From: Corallochytrium limacisporum Hawaii
Taxonomy: Eukaryota; Protista; Pluriformea
Direction: 5' to 3'
Length of the DNA stretch: 64,000 bases
Assembly (NCBI GenBank): GCA_002811645.1
Contig: PDIP01000069.1
Location: 1 to 64,000 of the forward strand
Shown here: piece after piece, positions 62,231 to 64,000 of the stretch
How positions within the stretch are numbered: the first letter of the stretch is position 1
Layout: the number at the start of each line of letters is the position of its first letter
Program-made: the position numbers and the translations under genes
The notes under the pieces: generated by a model
What the model was told of the DNA's origin: nothing
What the model saw: only the letters and a program-made list of their open reading frames with translations
Database searches by the model: none

Positions 62231-64000
62231 TCAGTCGTCGACTCCCGCTGACTGTTCTTGCGCGTCCTGCTGCTGCTGCTGCTGCTGCTGATCACCACCG
62301 GAACCATCTTCGCTGCTGTTGCCCTCTTCGTTACTGTTGCCCTCTTCGTCCGCGGCCTCAAGCGCGTCCCAAATGGTCCGCTCTTTCAGTTCACTCGACT
62401 GGCTTCCATCAACCCCCTCAGCAGCATTGCTGCCGAAGGCGCCCGACTTCCTCGGCACACGGTGCCACTCCTCGCCGTTAGCATCTGTCATTGTTGTCGT
62501 GTATTGACTTGCTGCCGCCCTGGTTCCTGACTCGAACCATTCGTCCGCCGCTTCGTGCGCAGTGCCATCGCCACTGGATGCCCGCTGTGCGCCGTCGGCG
62601 GCTATGGCTTCGAACAGTGACGCTGGCTGATCGGCAGCAATCGTGGCCGAGGCCATGGACTCGCGCAGTTCACGGACCTCCTGCTCCTCTTGCAATGACC
62701 GGAACAGACGCAGATCCCGCGCCGCCTGGCTCAAGACCATTGACGGAATTGCGCACTCCGGCGTACGCCAGACCCGCACGCTACGACGCGGTTCCGGGTC
62801 AATGCTCTCAGATTCCAGGCGATAGACCTCTGCAAGCTGGTGAACGAGATCACGTTTCAGACGGCTCATCACTGGCAGATCCATCAAAGGTGGCCGTCCC
62901 CTGTCAGTGACGAAGCGATTGAGCGTCTGTTCAACGTCGAGGATGAAGTCGGACTGTGGTCCACGATCATGCACTGCTCGGAGCAACTCGTCCGGATACT
63001 TAGGAACGTGTTGCAATTGTCCAGCACGGTGTCCGCCGGCACCGCTGCCGTCGCCATCGATTCTCAGAGCCTCGGCCATATCCCGATCCCGTCGCAGCTT
63101 TTCGCATGCCAGGTCACAGCGCAGTTGCGGGGGCCACAGCGTGTAGACATTGGAGTTGCGTAGAGCAGACACATTGCTACTGGTGTGGCTAAGTATTTTG
63201 TCTTCACCATTGGCGGCCTTCGCTCCTTCTGCCTTTGCAGCTATACCCCCCTCTGCATCTCCTGCCTCGGCCGCAGCGTCACTGTTGTGAACAACCGTCC
63301 CTGACTCCCACTCACCCGGATCCAACGCCTGCAGCGCGTCCTGTAGCACAGAGATGTCACCACCCTTCAGGCACCGCACCTGAGCATTCCTGCGTCCGCA
63401 ACCACAGTGTGCCTTGATTTTCTCCTGGCACGGTAGCAGCGGGCACGGCAGCTGCGCGTGGCAGGGCTGGTGGCAGGAGTGCTCGCAGAGATCCCGTGGT
63501 GCACCACAGGTTTGTCCACAACACCGTTCATCCGGAAGTATACCTCCGGGGTAGAGCTCGCGCCGGTCGTCCGTCAAGCAGTCGCCGGCATGACAGAGTC
63601 GCTTGCAAACATGACGTCCACATGGCAAGAATTTTTTGCACTTTGCGCCACAGCTCACGCCAGCCTCGGCAATGTGGCACGGTACATTCTTGCGCAGGAC
63701 GTGACCACCCGCACAGCGACGTGTTACTCGCGCGTGACACGGCGCGCAGGGTCCATCAGGGTGACAAGTGTGCGTTGCAAGGTGTCCGCAGGGTTGCGCG
63801 CGTGGGCACGGCTGGTCGCAGACTGGAGGCTTTGTACCACAGGGCTGTGGGGGTTCCAGTCGCTGTGCACCGCAGGCGCAGGTTAAATCGTTCCATATCG
63901 CGTGCAAACAGGGTGGACAGGGACCCTTATGGCAGCGCTTCTCGCAGGCATGCTGGCCGCAGCGCAACATTTTACCACAAGGTCGCTGGCAGTCGTGGAG
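62231..64000 (-). CDS. NFX1: NFX1/Shuttle craft/Fap1 family (NF-X1 zinc fingers + R3H), 5'-partial
   Basis: Repeated CGxHxCxxxCHxGxC fingers; R3H (PVMSRLKRDLVHQLAEVYRLESESIDPEPRRSV). The frame stays open to the window edge (LHDCQRPCGKM...); poly-Q near the C-terminus. Confidence 0.93.
   Translation of the reverse strand, partial: LHDCQRPCGKMLRCGQHACEKRCHKGPCPPCLHAIWNDLTCACGAQRLEPPQPCGTKPPVCDQPCPRAQPCGHLATHTCHPDGPCAPCHARVTRRCAGGHVLRKNVPCHIAEAGVSCGAKCKKFLPCGRHVCKRLCHAGDCLTDDRRELYPGGILPDERCCGQTCGAPRDLCEHSCHQPCHAQLPCPLLPCQEKIKAHCGCGRRNAQVRCLKGGDISVLQDALQALDPGEWESGTVVHNSDAAAEAGDAEGGIAAKAEGAKAANGEDKILSHTSSNVSALRNSNVYTLWPPQLRCDLACEKLRRDRDMAEALRIDGDGSGAGGHRAGQLQHVPKYPDELLRAVHDRGPQSDFILDVEQTLNRFVTDRGRPPLMDLPVMSRLKRDLVHQLAEVYRLESESIDPEPRRSVRVWRTPECAIPSMVLSQAARDLRLFRSLQEEQEVRELRESMASATIAADQPASLFEAIAADGAQRASSGDGTAHEAADEWFESGTRAAASQYTTTMTDANGEEWHRVPRKSGAFGSNAAEGVDGSQSSELKERTIWDALEAADEEGNSNEEGNSSEDGSGGDQQQQQQQQDAQEQSAGVDD

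Noticed and set aside
1-64000. tRNA, rRNA, CRISPR arrays, transposase/RT/integrase genes, functional gene cluster
   Set aside because: No cloverleaf, rRNA signature, repeat-spacer array or mobile-element motif seen by eye; neighbouring genes are functionally unrelated housekeeping genes.

Overview
Eukaryotic nuclear DNA from a gene-dense draft assembly with four N gaps. I recognise about 19 protein-coding genes plus a few weak hypotheticals: an FNR-fold protein with degenerate cofactor motifs, a PH+RasGEF, a 48-aa TOM6-like microprotein missed by the ORF track, SLC35B4, NLE1, UBE2J1, BTAF1/Mot1, TMEM19, SETD2, eIF4G, RPL17, an RDH-type SDR, an LRR protein, a START-domain protein, a 26/29-kDa-type cathepsin, a Spinster-like MFS transporter, TMEM11, ATP9/Neo1 and the 3' part of NFX1. 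Long coding regions (up to 5.7 kb) are uninterrupted, and several proteins are animal-like. This suggests an intron-poor unicellular holozoan such as Corallochytrium (inference, not verified). The most notable unexplained structure is in splicing and 5' leaders: yeast-like GTAAGT...(T/G)ACTAAC...CAG introns (two in 5' leaders, one completing the START gene), a shared hairpin-GCTAAY-N4-YAG arrangement just upstream of the RasGEF and eIF4G start codons, and a highly structured region upstream of eIF4G. No rRNA, tRNA, CRISPR array or transposase was recognised. All family assignments come from motif recognition by eye; no searches were run.
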